Origin: Nitrososphaerota archaeon
GTDB taxonomy: Archaea > Thermoproteota > Nitrososphaeria > Nitrososphaerales > Nitrosopumilaceae
Length of the DNA: 64,000 bases
Reading direction: 5' to 3'
Assembly: GCA_028867755.1 (NCBI GenBank)
Contig: JAGWFT010000001.1
Location: 772,727 to 836,726 of the forward strand
Made by a program: the position numbers and the translations under genes. Numbering within the stretch: the first letter of the stretch is position 1; the number at the start of each line of letters is the position of its first letter. This document shows positions 48,912-58,159 of this stretch, one piece after another. The notes beneath the pieces were generated by a model. The model was given only the letters and a program-made list of their open reading frames with translations. It had not been told where the DNA came from and did no database searches.

Positions 48912-50140
48912 GATGACGGTGTCGGCCTGACTTCCAAAGTAGCAATAAGGTCAAGCGACTTTCCTAGCCTATTGACTGTTATGGTTACCTTGTCACCTAC
49001 AGATTTTTCATCATCCAAATATGCAATTACATCATCAATCGTCTTTATTGGATGACCATCTATTGCAGTTATGATATCTCCTCCATGAGGAATGCTGTTA
49101 TTATCAAGAGTTGCCGCTATCACTCCAGCTTTTTCAGCTGGGCCTCCTTCGACAACTTTCTCAACTATTACACCTTTGAAGTTTCGTGATAACCCGTTAG
49201 CTAGTGAAACGTCTGGATCCATTGTTCTGCCTGCTATTCCAAGATATGGATGTTGATACACTCCATTTTTAATCAAGGCGGGAACTATTCTTTTGATAGT
49301 ATCAGAAGGAATAGCAAATCCTATCCCGGAAAAATCTCCAGTGTTTGTTTTAATTGCTGTATTCATTCCAACTACTTCATTCTGCAAGTTTAGCAGAGGG
49401 CCTCCCGAATTTCCGGGATTGATAGCTGCATCAACTTGTATTATATCAGGTATTGAGTAACCTGCATTATCGTTAGGTAACAAACGTCCTACTGCACTAA
49501 TTATACCAGTAGTCATGGTGTCACTGAGACCAAACGGATTACCTATTGCAATTACTTGTTGACCTGCCTGAAGTTCTGATGAGTTTCCTATAGTAACAGG
49601 AATCAAGTTTTCATCTGAAAAATTATCTATAATTTGTATTACTGCAATATCATTATCTGGATCAGTTCCCACTACCTTTGCAGTGTATGTATTTCCATCA
49701 ATGAATGTGACATTTACTGTACTTGAGCCCTCTACTACGTGATTGTTTGTTATTATGCGTCCTTCTTTATCATAAACAAAACCCGATCCCAGTCTTGTTG
49801 ATTGGCTCGAGAGTGGCTGTCCGTTTATGATTATAGTGTTGTCAATTGTAGAGACTTTGCTAGTTATCTGAACTACTGAATCCTGTGTTTTCTTAAACAG
49901 GTCTGTCAGAGTTGAATCCTGTGAAAAAATTCCTGTACTGCCAGCTGCTCCTGTAGATCCAGGCGGACCTTGAGGGCCAGGTAAACCTTGAGGGCCAGGT
50001 GGTCCAGGCGGACCTGGTGGTCCTTGTACAGTTGCCTGAGACAAATCTCCTGAAAAATGACCACCATTAGTATATTGTATAATAACCGTAGCCAAAAGAG
50101 CAACAATTATCCCAACTAGTATGATCTCTAACTTTTTCAT
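48905..50140 (-). CDS. Membrane-anchored HtrA/DegP serine protease with PDZ domain and collagen-like stalk
   Basis: TNNHV, DIAV, AAINPGNSGGPL triad motifs; PDZ GDIITAIDG; Gly-X-Y run at aa 40-70. Confidence 0.95.
   Translation of the reverse strand: MKKLEIILVGIIVALLATVIIQYTNGGHFSGDLSQATVQGPPGPPGPPGPQGLPGPQGPPGSTGAAGSTGIFSQDSTLTDLFKKTQDSVVQITSKVSTIDNTIIINGQPLSSQSTRLGSGFVYDKEGRIITNNHVVEGSSTVNVTFIDGNTYTAKVVGTDPDNDIAVIQIIDNFSDENLIPVTIGNSSELQAGQQVIAIGNPFGLSDTMTTGIISAVGRLLPNDNAGYSIPDIIQVDAAINPGNSGGPLLNLQNEVVGMNTAIKTNTGDFSGIGFAIPSDTIKRIVPALIKNGVYQHPYLGIAGRTMDPDVSLANGLSRNFKGVIVEKVVEGGPAEKAGVIAATLDNNSIPHGGDIITAIDGHPIKTIDDVIAYLDDEKSVGDKVTITVNRLGKSLDLIATLEVRPTPSSQ
49931..50023 (-). repeat. Collagen-like Gly-X-Y repeat
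   Basis: GPPGPPGPPGPQGLPGPQGPPGSTGAAGSTG: 11 Gly at every third residue. Confidence 0.92.
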
Positions 50141-50236
50141 AATATGCTGTTTGAAAAATAGGACAAACCAGAATAATATTCTTTACGAAGCTTTGTTAAT
50201 CTTAACATAAATATACGCACTAAACAGTTAACCCCT

Positions 50237-50731
50237 GTGAGAAAGAAACAAAAAAACAAGGCAAAAACTCTATCGATTTCTCGCGGGACTATTATCTTTA
50301 TAGCGATTATAGTAGTAGCTGCAGGTGGAGGAATTTACTATCTCCTTAACACTTCAACACCAGTTAATGAAAAATATCCAGTATTTGCAACTCCAAGTCA
50401 TATCTACATTGTGGGAGTTCACGATCCGACTCAGGGATACGTATATGAACAAGAGTCCACGCGTCAAGCAAGAAAGGCAGTATCTGGTGGAGTTGCAGAT
50501 GCTGCAATTCATATACCTAGGGGCACGTTAGTTGCACTCCATTTCATAAATGAAGATAAGGATACTGGTGCTTCTATGGACCTCAACATCGACAACTTTA
50601 ACGTACATACAAGCAAACTGAATTATTTCCAAGCACAAACCGTAACATTTCTTGCTGATAAAGAAGGAACATACTCATACTATTCGAACTTGCATCCAGA
50701 AATGAAAGGCTCCATAACGGTGGATCCATAA
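50237..50731 (+). CDS. Membrane-anchored cupredoxin-fold protein
   Basis: N-terminal TM; VTFLADKEGTYSYYSNLHPEMKGSITV cupredoxin C-terminal pattern. Confidence 0.8.
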   Translation: MRKKQKNKAKTLSISRGTIIFIAIIVVAAGGGIYYLLNTSTPVNEKYPVFATPSHIYIVGVHDPTQGYVYEQESTRQARKAVSGGVADAAIHIPRGTLVALHFINEDKDTGASMDLNIDNFNVHTSKLNYFQAQTVTFLADKEGTYSYYSNLHPEMKGSITVDP

Positions 50732-50788
50732 TGATATTGAAGATGTTTTTAAAAAAACATTCATCATGTGAAGAGGGGATGATAGATT

Positions 50789-51175
50789 TTGATGGATGAT
50801 AAAGAACGTCCTTTTTCTCGAACAGATGTTCTTAACTTGATGGATAGTTTCATTGAAAGAATATTTGAAATTAGAAGAGTACTCCTAAGTGTTTCTGTCT
50901 CTGCATTAATACTTGCACCACTTGCAACAGGCCTCTCTATCTTTCTTTTAACACACCCGCGTTTTTACAGCGTTCTTGAAAGAGAACATGAATTTGGTAC
51001 AGTCTTGGGAATCCTGTTAGGTGTTATCATATCTGTTTCAGTCGTATGGATAGCAACAGGAATACGACAATATGTAACTCTGAAATCTTGGGATCAAAGA
51101 TACAAGGAATATCTAAGACAAAAAGACGAGATAGATAAGAGAATTGCATCTGATTACGGACTAGAACAAGATTAG
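50789..51175 (+). CDS. Two-TM hypothetical protein
   Basis: Two hydrophobic helices then charged helix KSWDQRYKEY. Confidence 0.65.
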   Translation: MMDDKERPFSRTDVLNLMDSFIERIFEIRRVLLSVSVSALILAPLATGLSIFLLTHPRFYSVLEREHEFGTVLGILLGVIISVSVVWIATGIRQYVTLKSWDQRYKEYLRQKDEIDKRIASDYGLEQD

Positions 51176-51184
51176 GTATTATTT

Positions 51185-51493
51185 TCAGTACCCTTCTGGT
51201 ACCTTTTTTTTACGAGGGAATATGTTTTCATATGGTTCCAAGATAGTTCTACAAAATTCTATTCCCTTTGAAGCAGGCTTGTAAATTGTGACGATTCTCT
51301 TTCCTAATTGTTTTTCTATTCTTGTTATCAACTCATTTGATTCAAGCTCGTCAAGTATGGGTTTGTGTTTTTTGAGATTTAAACCACAAAAGCTAACCAA
51401 AGCTGTTTGATTTAATTCCCCGTATTGCACAAGCATCAAAATTATGTCTTTTATAATGTAAATTCTATCACGATATGTGCTTGAGCCAGACAT
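51185..51493 (-). CDS. Winged helix-turn-helix protein
   Basis: YRDRIYIIKDIIL...LNQTALVSFCGLN...YKPASKG archaeal wHTH pattern. Confidence 0.8.
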   Translation of the reverse strand: MSGSSTYRDRIYIIKDIILMLVQYGELNQTALVSFCGLNLKKHKPILDELESNELITRIEKQLGKRIVTIYKPASKGIEFCRTILEPYENIFPRKKKVPEGY

Positions 51494-51563
51494 TTGTCAA
51501 GTCTCACTTATGATTGCTAAATATAATCTCTGATTGTTACCGCCACTCGTCTCATTTTGTCTT

Positions 51564-53006
51564 CTAGTATCCTTTTGCAAACATGACATCCACCTTGCTT
51601 GGTTTTCCACAGACTATGCATGGTGCATTCGTTCTCTTTTCATCAAAAGGTATAACTCGGATATCTGCACCAGTGGATTCTTTGACGGTCTCTTCGCATT
51701 TTTGGTCCCCGCACCATGAGGAATAAAGAAACATTCCATCCTCGATCTCTTTTTTGAATTGAGCAAAATCATTCACATTTTTTATGCCATTATCAAGCAT
51801 CTTTTTTGCTTTCTCAAAGAGACCTTTTTGAATTTCATCTAATGTTTTGGCAATGCCGTCTTCTGCACTCTCAAAAGAAAGATCCGATTTCTTCAAGTCG
51901 TCACGTCGTACTATGACCATTTTGTTTTTTAGTAGATCCTTAGGGCCGATTTCAATTCTAAGTGGTACTCCCTTCATCTCCCAATCATGGAATTTGTATC
52001 CCGGAGTGAACTCCTCTCTTGAATCCATGTGAATCCTCAAATCTTTCTTTACAAGAGTTTCTTTGAGTTCGTTTGCTTTCTTCAAGATCTCATCTCTATC
52101 GGATTGAGAAGAATAAATGGGAACTATGACAACTTGGATAGGTGCCACACGCGGTGGTAAAACTAGCCCTTTGTCATCGCCATGTACCATTATCAGTGCA
52201 CCAATGAGCCTCCAGGAAATTCCCCATGAAGTTTGCCAAGCAAAAGTTTCTATGTTCTGCTTGTCCAGAAACTTTACATCAAATGGCTTTGAAAAATTCT
52301 GGCCTAAAAAATGAGAGGTTCCCATCTGTAATGCCTTCCCGTCTGGCATGATTGACTCCATAGTAGTTGTATAAACTGCACCTACAAACTTCTCCTTGTC
52401 AGTTTTTTTTCCAAGTATGACTGGAATTGCCAACTCGTCTTCCACAGTTCTTTTGTATATGTCAAGTATTGTCATAACTTCCTCCTCAGCTTCTTCTCTT
52501 GTAGAATGTACTGTGTGTCCTTCCTGCCAAAGAAATTCCGATGTCCTAAGAAACGGTTTTGTTGCCTTGATCTCAGCTCTTAACGCAGAATTCCAAAAAT
52601 TAATCTTTATAGGCAAATCTCTCCAACTCTTTATCCATTTTGAATACATGGAATATGCAAGAGTTTCAGAAGTAGGTCTAAGTGCTAATCTGTCCCCTAT
52701 CTCAGTATTTCCTGAATGTGTGACCCAAAAGACTTCGGGCGTAAAACCTGCAAAATGTGTTGCTTCCTTGCTTAACAGTGACTCTGGAATAAGTACTGGA
52801 AGAAATCCGTTTTCATGACCAGTTGCCTTTAGCTTTTGATCAACCGATGACCTGAGGTATTCCCATATTGAATAACCATATGGCCTAAGTACGATTAATC
52901 CTTTAACTGGAGCATAGTCTGCAAGCTGTGCCTTTATTACTACTTGTGTATACCATTCGCTAAAATCCTCGTTCTTTTTGACTGTAATTCCAATCTCTTT
53001 GCTCAA
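51564..53006 (-). CDS. proS: Prolyl-tRNA synthetase (archaeal/eukaryotic type)
   Basis: DFSEWY, LRPTSET, FLRTSEFLWQEGHT, TSWGISWRLIGA, AKGY C-terminus. Confidence 0.98.
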   Translation of the reverse strand: MSKEIGITVKKNEDFSEWYTQVVIKAQLADYAPVKGLIVLRPYGYSIWEYLRSSVDQKLKATGHENGFLPVLIPESLLSKEATHFAGFTPEVFWVTHSGNTEIGDRLALRPTSETLAYSMYSKWIKSWRDLPIKINFWNSALRAEIKATKPFLRTSEFLWQEGHTVHSTREEAEEEVMTILDIYKRTVEDELAIPVILGKKTDKEKFVGAVYTTTMESIMPDGKALQMGTSHFLGQNFSKPFDVKFLDKQNIETFAWQTSWGISWRLIGALIMVHGDDKGLVLPPRVAPIQVVIVPIYSSQSDRDEILKKANELKETLVKKDLRIHMDSREEFTPGYKFHDWEMKGVPLRIEIGPKDLLKNKMVIVRRDDLKKSDLSFESAEDGIAKTLDEIQKGLFEKAKKMLDNGIKNVNDFAQFKKEIEDGMFLYSSWCGDQKCEETVKESTGADIRVIPFDEKRTNAPCIVCGKPSKVDVMFAKGY

Positions 53007-53049
53007 TTTACATCATCTTGCAGTTTGTCCTAATGAGCCTTATGTTCCT

Positions 53050-53343
53050 CTACAAAGGGTCGCCTTTGCAAAGGACTTTTCCAGTTATTCTACTCTGAAA
53101 GTTAGGGCAGACAAAACATTGGATAAACGGTACTTCCTTTTTCAAAACAGGACAATCCACAGATTCTTCTTTCATCTTCTTTAGCATCTTGGGACTAACT
53201 CCCTTTAGTTTCAACTTGCCTTTGTCATCCATCATTCCAGATGCCTTTAGTTCTTGTTTTGTTTCATCTGATAACTTGTTGGATGTTGTGGCGGCTTTGA
53301 TTGTAACTTCATATTTGTGTGGAAGCTCGCTCATAATCTTCAT
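53050..53343 (-). CDS. Hypothetical protein with four C-terminal Cys
   Basis: CPV...CFVC...C; 97 aa. Confidence 0.65.
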   Translation of the reverse strand: MKIMSELPHKYEVTIKAATTSNKLSDETKQELKASGMMDDKGKLKLKGVSPKMLKKMKEESVDCPVLKKEVPFIQCFVCPNFQSRITGKVLCKGDPL

Positions 53344-53435
53344 CTTAGATATCTTGAATATATTGCTAGTGGTAGAGAAATCTCAAGATCGCTTAAGATT
53401 AATATAATCTCCATCATTCCACAAAGCAGAAACTG

Positions 53436-54086
53436 ATGTTAGCAATTTTTGACGTGGAAGGTGTATTGCTTGATGCAGAATTTCTTCCAATATTAGCAGA
53501 AAAAATTAACAAACAAGATGAGATCTGGGAAATCACAAGAAAAGGAATTGAGGGTGCAATAAAGTGGGAGGAAGGACTAAAAAAGAGAATAGAACTTCTC
53601 AAGGGAATAAACTACGAAACTTGTACTCAAGTTGCTGGTTCGCTTAAGATTATGACCGGAGCTAGGGAAGCATGTCACGCACTCAAAGCTGCAGGCTGGA
53701 AAATAATGGCAATATCTGGCGGATTTACAATAATGACTGACAGATTAAAGGAAGAACTGGGGTTGGACTATGTATTTTCAAACGAACTAATTTTTGTAAA
53801 TGGAAAACTTGATGACGTTATAATACATGTCGATTCTAATAAAGCCAAATCGGCTATGATGAAGATAAAGGAATGGAAAGAAAAGAAAGAAGAGATTGTG
53901 GTCGTTGTTGATGGCGCAAATGATGTGAAATTATTTGATATATGTGGATTAGGTGTGGCATTTAGAGCCCAAGACATTGTCAAAGACTTGGCAACTGTTA
54001 CACTAGAAGAGAAGGATCTTTCAAAGTTAATCGGTATCATCAACAAGCATTATGGATTGAAGATACAGGTGCAAACTGTTGCTTAA
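53436..54086 (+). CDS. serB: Phosphoserine phosphatase (HAD)
   Basis: FDVEGVL motif I, ISGGF, K, VDGANDV. Confidence 0.88.
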   Translation: MLAIFDVEGVLLDAEFLPILAEKINKQDEIWEITRKGIEGAIKWEEGLKKRIELLKGINYETCTQVAGSLKIMTGAREACHALKAAGWKIMAISGGFTIMTDRLKEELGLDYVFSNELIFVNGKLDDVIIHVDSNKAKSAMMKIKEWKEKKEEIVVVVDGANDVKLFDICGLGVAFRAQDIVKDLATVTLEEKDLSKLIGIINKHYGLKIQVQTVA

Positions 54087-54119
54087 AAAGAATATGATTT
54101 TAAGCAGTTAGGCAATAGG

Positions 54120-54866
54120 TTGCTAATGGTAATGGAAATCATCCCTGTTTACATTGAAAATGAAATCAAACCAGGTGATGATCTAATAGACTTGATGCTT
54201 GGATCAAAATCAAGGCCGCATTTACAAGATGGGGACATTCTAGTTTTTACGCAGAAAATTATTTCAAAACAAGAAGGAAAGATTGTAAACCTCTCAAGCG
54301 TTAAACCTACACTTCTTGCAACTGGCATTGCAAGTGAGTATCGAAAAGATCCTAGAACTGTACAGTTGATACTTGATCAGTCAAGACGTATAGTTCGAAT
54401 GAAAAATGGTATAATAATTTCAGAGACAACCCATGGTTTTGTTTGTGCAAATGCAGGTGTGGATGAAAGTAATTTGGAAGAAGGATATGTAACTCTATTA
54501 CCAAATGACGCTGATCTGTCGGCTGAAAAATTACGTAAACAAATAAAGGAAAAAACAGGAAAAAATACAGCAGTTATCATATCTGATACATTTGGGAGGC
54601 CATTTAGACAAGGACAGATAAATGTCGCTATAGGAGTTTCAGGAATTACCGCTATATTGGATTATGCTGGACTAAAAGATGCTTTTGGAAGAATTCTTCG
54701 TGTAACTGCTATTGCTATTGTAGACGAGATATGTTCTGCTACTGAGCTTGTCATGGGAAAATCACTTCACGTGCCAATATCTATAGTGAGAAACTATGGC
54801 TTCACTAATGCTAAAAATGCGATAAATGATCTTATTAGATCACGCTCAGAAGATCTATTTAGGTAA
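54120..54866 (+). CDS. cofE: Coenzyme F420-0:L-glutamate ligase
   Basis: QKIISKQEG, CANAGVDESN, ISDTFGRPFRQG, IVDEICS. Confidence 0.95.
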   Translation: MLMVMEIIPVYIENEIKPGDDLIDLMLGSKSRPHLQDGDILVFTQKIISKQEGKIVNLSSVKPTLLATGIASEYRKDPRTVQLILDQSRRIVRMKNGIIISETTHGFVCANAGVDESNLEEGYVTLLPNDADLSAEKLRKQIKEKTGKNTAVIISDTFGRPFRQGQINVAIGVSGITAILDYAGLKDAFGRILRVTAIAIVDEICSATELVMGKSLHVPISIVRNYGFTNAKNAINDLIRSRSEDLFR

Positions 54867-54921
54867 GTACAAATTTTTGAAAACAAAGATTATATTCACA
54901 GATTGGGGGAAGCGATAAACA

Positions 54922-55842
54922 TTGGATACTTTACGGGCAGAATTACATTGTCACAACGAATTTTCAAATTTTCATCTAGGACAGAAAGAAACTCCATATG
55001 ATTGCGGAATAACGGTGCAAGAACAATTAGAACAAGTGTACTCCACTGGACTTGATGTTTTCTTTATTACAAATCACAATACACTTGATGGATACGAACA
55101 CTTGCTGCACTATAAGGAAAATCATGAAAAGTTTAGGCATATTCAGATTTATCCTGGAGAAGAAATAACAACCGATCAAGGAATCCACATCTTGGCGTAC
55201 GGACTGACAAGGACAATAAAATCTGGACAAAGCCTCGAAGAGATACTTGATATTATACGATCTCAGGGAGCAATATCATGTGCGCCGCATCCTTTTGCAC
55301 TAAATAATGGTCTTAGAGAAAAATCTATTCTCTGTGATTTGATTGAAGTCTTTAACAGTAATAATGTTGATAGATATTCAAACCTACGAGCTTCTAACTT
55401 TGCAAAAACAAATAATATGATAGAAGTGGCAGGAAGTGACTCACATGTTGTTTCTACGCTGGGCAGATGTGTTAATGTAATTGAGGCAGAAAATACTCTA
55501 GATAGCATACTACAAGCAATGAGGAAAGGAAGAATCACGATTGACAGTGCAGAATACATTACTTGCAGTGAAATGATAGAACACGCAAGATATAAAATCA
55601 AAAATTCAAAAGATGATATTATGATGTATTTCAAAGAAAACCACCCGCACCTTACTGGAATTTGCAGTTTTCTAATAGACGCATTTGAATCAAATCCTAA
55701 CAGCATGGTTTGGAAAGCAGTGTACAAAGTAGCTGTACATCTTACTACAAAACTATCGAACAAAATTAATTTTGAAAATAAAGATTATAACATATTGTAT
55801 GAACGCAACCTAAGAGCTATATTGCCAATGATTCTGACCTGA
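54922..55842 (+). CDS. PHP-domain metallophosphoesterase
   Basis: LHCH, ITNHN, PGEE, PHPF, GSDSH. Confidence 0.88.
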   Translation: MDTLRAELHCHNEFSNFHLGQKETPYDCGITVQEQLEQVYSTGLDVFFITNHNTLDGYEHLLHYKENHEKFRHIQIYPGEEITTDQGIHILAYGLTRTIKSGQSLEEILDIIRSQGAISCAPHPFALNNGLREKSILCDLIEVFNSNNVDRYSNLRASNFAKTNNMIEVAGSDSHVVSTLGRCVNVIEAENTLDSILQAMRKGRITIDSAEYITCSEMIEHARYKIKNSKDDIMMYFKENHPHLTGICSFLIDAFESNPNSMVWKAVYKVAVHLTTKLSNKINFENKDYNILYERNLRAILPMILT

Positions 55843-55913
55843 GTAATTTTTTTTGCGTACATGAATAGCTTTTAATATCACTTTACTAGCTTTTTGTTTA
55901 AAGGTGAATTGAC

Positions 55914-56153
55914 ATTTCAGAATTAACTCCAACTAAGACAATAGATGTTAGGGGAATGTTTTGTCCAGAACCTGTCTTTAGAACAAAAATAGAGATGGAA
56001 AGAATGACAGTAGGAAATATTCTAAAAATTATTGCAGACGATCCAGCGTCTGAAGAAGATATCTCAAGATGGGTAAACAGGAACGGGCACCAGTTACTTA
56101 GTATAAACAAGCCAGGAAAAGATCTTGAGTTTACTATTAAAAAGGTGAAATAG
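55914..56153 (+). CDS. tusA: TusA/SirA-family sulfurtransferase (sulfur carrier)
   Basis: TIDVRGMFCPEP motif, IIADDPASEEDI; the motif extends upstream of the ORF-track ATG at 55956, start tentatively ATT at 55914. Confidence 0.85.
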   Translation: MSELTPTKTIDVRGMFCPEPVFRTKIEMERMTVGNILKIIADDPASEEDISRWVNRNGHQLLSINKPGKDLEFTIKKVK

Positions 56154-56157
56154 GTTT

Positions 56158-57159
56158 TTGGCCACAAAGGCGCTCAATGATGACGAGACACTTCTAAAAA
56201 AGATTGGTAATACTCCTATTGTAAAACTCACCTCGCTTTCAACTAGTCAGGCTGATTTTTATGCAAAATTAGAATCTCACAATCCATTTGGTTCTGTAAA
56301 AGACAGAGCTGCATTTTGGATGATAAAAATAGCAGAAGAGAATGGTCTTATAAAAAGAGGGCATAGTGTGATAGTAGAGCCAACTTCAGGAAATACCGGT
56401 ATTGCACTTGCAGGAATCGCAAAACTTCTTGGATACAAAGTGGAAATTGTAATACCTGAAAAAGCAAGTGAGGAAACAAAGAAGATAATTGAATCATTAG
56501 GGGCTGTTCTTTATCAAACAAGTGATGACTTGTGCCCAAAAGTTGGGGCTGGCACAGATCAGAGTATAGCACTAGCAAAATCAATTGCGTCTGCACGACC
56601 TGACAAGTATTATTCTCCTGATCAATATTCAAACGAGGCAAATTTCATGGGTCATTACAAAAGCACTGGACCTGAAATCTGGGAACAGACAAAAGGAAAG
56701 ATAACTCACTTCTTCTCGGGGGTCGGAACTGGTGGCACTATAACCGGAATAGGTGCATATCTGAAAGAGAAGAATCCAACCATAAAAATTATTGCAGTAC
56801 AACCGCAACAAAATCACCTAATTCAAGGCCTAAGAAATTTTGAAGAATCTGCAAAACCTGATCTCTTTCTCAAACGAGAACAGGTAATTGATGATTGGAT
56901 TACAATTACAAATGATGAGGCGTTTGCTGCAGTAAAAGAGATATTTGAAAAAGAAGGAATGCTGGTCAGTCCATCATCTGCTACTGTATACGCTGCAATG
57001 AAAAAATACAATGTTGAAAAAGGTCACGTGGTTGGAATATTTGCAGATGATGGTAGAAAGTTTAAGAGCCTTTACACTCAACAGAAAATATTTACAGATG
57101 CGGAATTCGATAAAGCACTAAAAGAGGCAAAATACCTATCTTTGCCTTCATTTTCTTGA
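56158..57159 (+). CDS. cysK: PLP-dependent cysteine synthase family protein
   Basis: IGNTPIV, NPFGSVKDR, EPTSGNTG, GVGTGGT. Confidence 0.9.
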   Translation: MATKALNDDETLLKKIGNTPIVKLTSLSTSQADFYAKLESHNPFGSVKDRAAFWMIKIAEENGLIKRGHSVIVEPTSGNTGIALAGIAKLLGYKVEIVIPEKASEETKKIIESLGAVLYQTSDDLCPKVGAGTDQSIALAKSIASARPDKYYSPDQYSNEANFMGHYKSTGPEIWEQTKGKITHFFSGVGTGGTITGIGAYLKEKNPTIKIIAVQPQQNHLIQGLRNFEESAKPDLFLKREQVIDDWITITNDEAFAAVKEIFEKEGMLVSPSSATVYAAMKKYNVEKGHVVGIFADDGRKFKSLYTQQKIFTDAEFDKALKEAKYLSLPSFS

Positions 57160-58128
57160 TTATTTTCTTTTATTTTCTGATAGATATCGATCAACATCTA
57201 TTGCAGCCATGCATCCAAATCCAGCTGCAGTAATTGCCTGTCTGTATCTATGGTCATGCACATCACCAGCCGCAAAAATTCCATCCATGCTGGTGTGTGT
57301 ATAGTTTTTGAGAACTATGTAGCCTTGTTCGTCTAGTTCGATTTGATCTTTGAACAGCTTAGTGTTCGGCTCGTGCCCTATTGCGACAAATAAACCACCT
57401 ACGTCCATCGCCTGTTGTTGATTAGTTGCCACATCTCTTATTGTAATTTGGTTTACTTTTTCATTTCCCTTAATTTCTTCAATTATAGAGTTCCAGTGAA
57501 ATTTTATCTTACTATTTTCAAATGCTCTGTCTTGCATTATTTTACTTGCTCTGAGTTTGTCCTTTCTGTGAATCACGTGTACATTTTTTGCAAATTTAGT
57601 GAGAAATATGGCCTCTTCCATGGCAGAGTCTCCTCCTCCTGCTACTACTATCTCCTGATTCTTGAAAAATGGACCATCACAAGTAGCACAATATGATACT
57701 CCTTTAGCACTGAATTCTTGTTCTCCCTTTACCCCTAGTTTTCTAGGACTAGCACCAGTTGCAATTATGATAGCATCTGCTTCATACTCTTCTGAATATG
57801 TCAATACCTTGAATGGTTTTCTTCTAAAATCAACATTTACTACCTCATCGTCGATGATTGTGGTGCCCATTCTCTCCGTTTGTTTTCTCATAGTAGTCAT
57901 CAGCTCAGGACCAAAAATCCCCTCTGCAAAACCTGGATAATTTTCAACCTCTGTGGTAAGCATTAATTGGCCACCGGGTAAATTTCCAGAAATTATTAGA
58001 GTATCACGCTTGGCCCTTGATGTATAAATGGCAGCAGTATAACCTGCAGGACCAGCCCCAATTACTATGACATCAAATTTTTTCTTTACTTCTGGTTTTT
58101 TATTTTCAGCTCTAATCTCTGCCTGCAC
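57160..58128 (-). CDS. trxB: Thioredoxin-disulfide reductase
   Basis: GAGPAG, VENYPG, GVSYCATCDG, GGGDSAMEEA, FAAGDV, YRQAITAAG. Confidence 0.97.
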   Translation of the reverse strand: MQAEIRAENKKPEVKKKFDVIVIGAGPAGYTAAIYTSRAKRDTLIISGNLPGGQLMLTTEVENYPGFAEGIFGPELMTTMRKQTERMGTTIIDDEVVNVDFRRKPFKVLTYSEEYEADAIIIATGASPRKLGVKGEQEFSAKGVSYCATCDGPFFKNQEIVVAGGGDSAMEEAIFLTKFAKNVHVIHRKDKLRASKIMQDRAFENSKIKFHWNSIIEEIKGNEKVNQITIRDVATNQQQAMDVGGLFVAIGHEPNTKLFKDQIELDEQGYIVLKNYTHTSMDGIFAAGDVHDHRYRQAITAAGFGCMAAIDVDRYLSENKRK

Positions 58129-58159
58129 AAATGAAATTCATTTGTGTTTCATATTTAAA

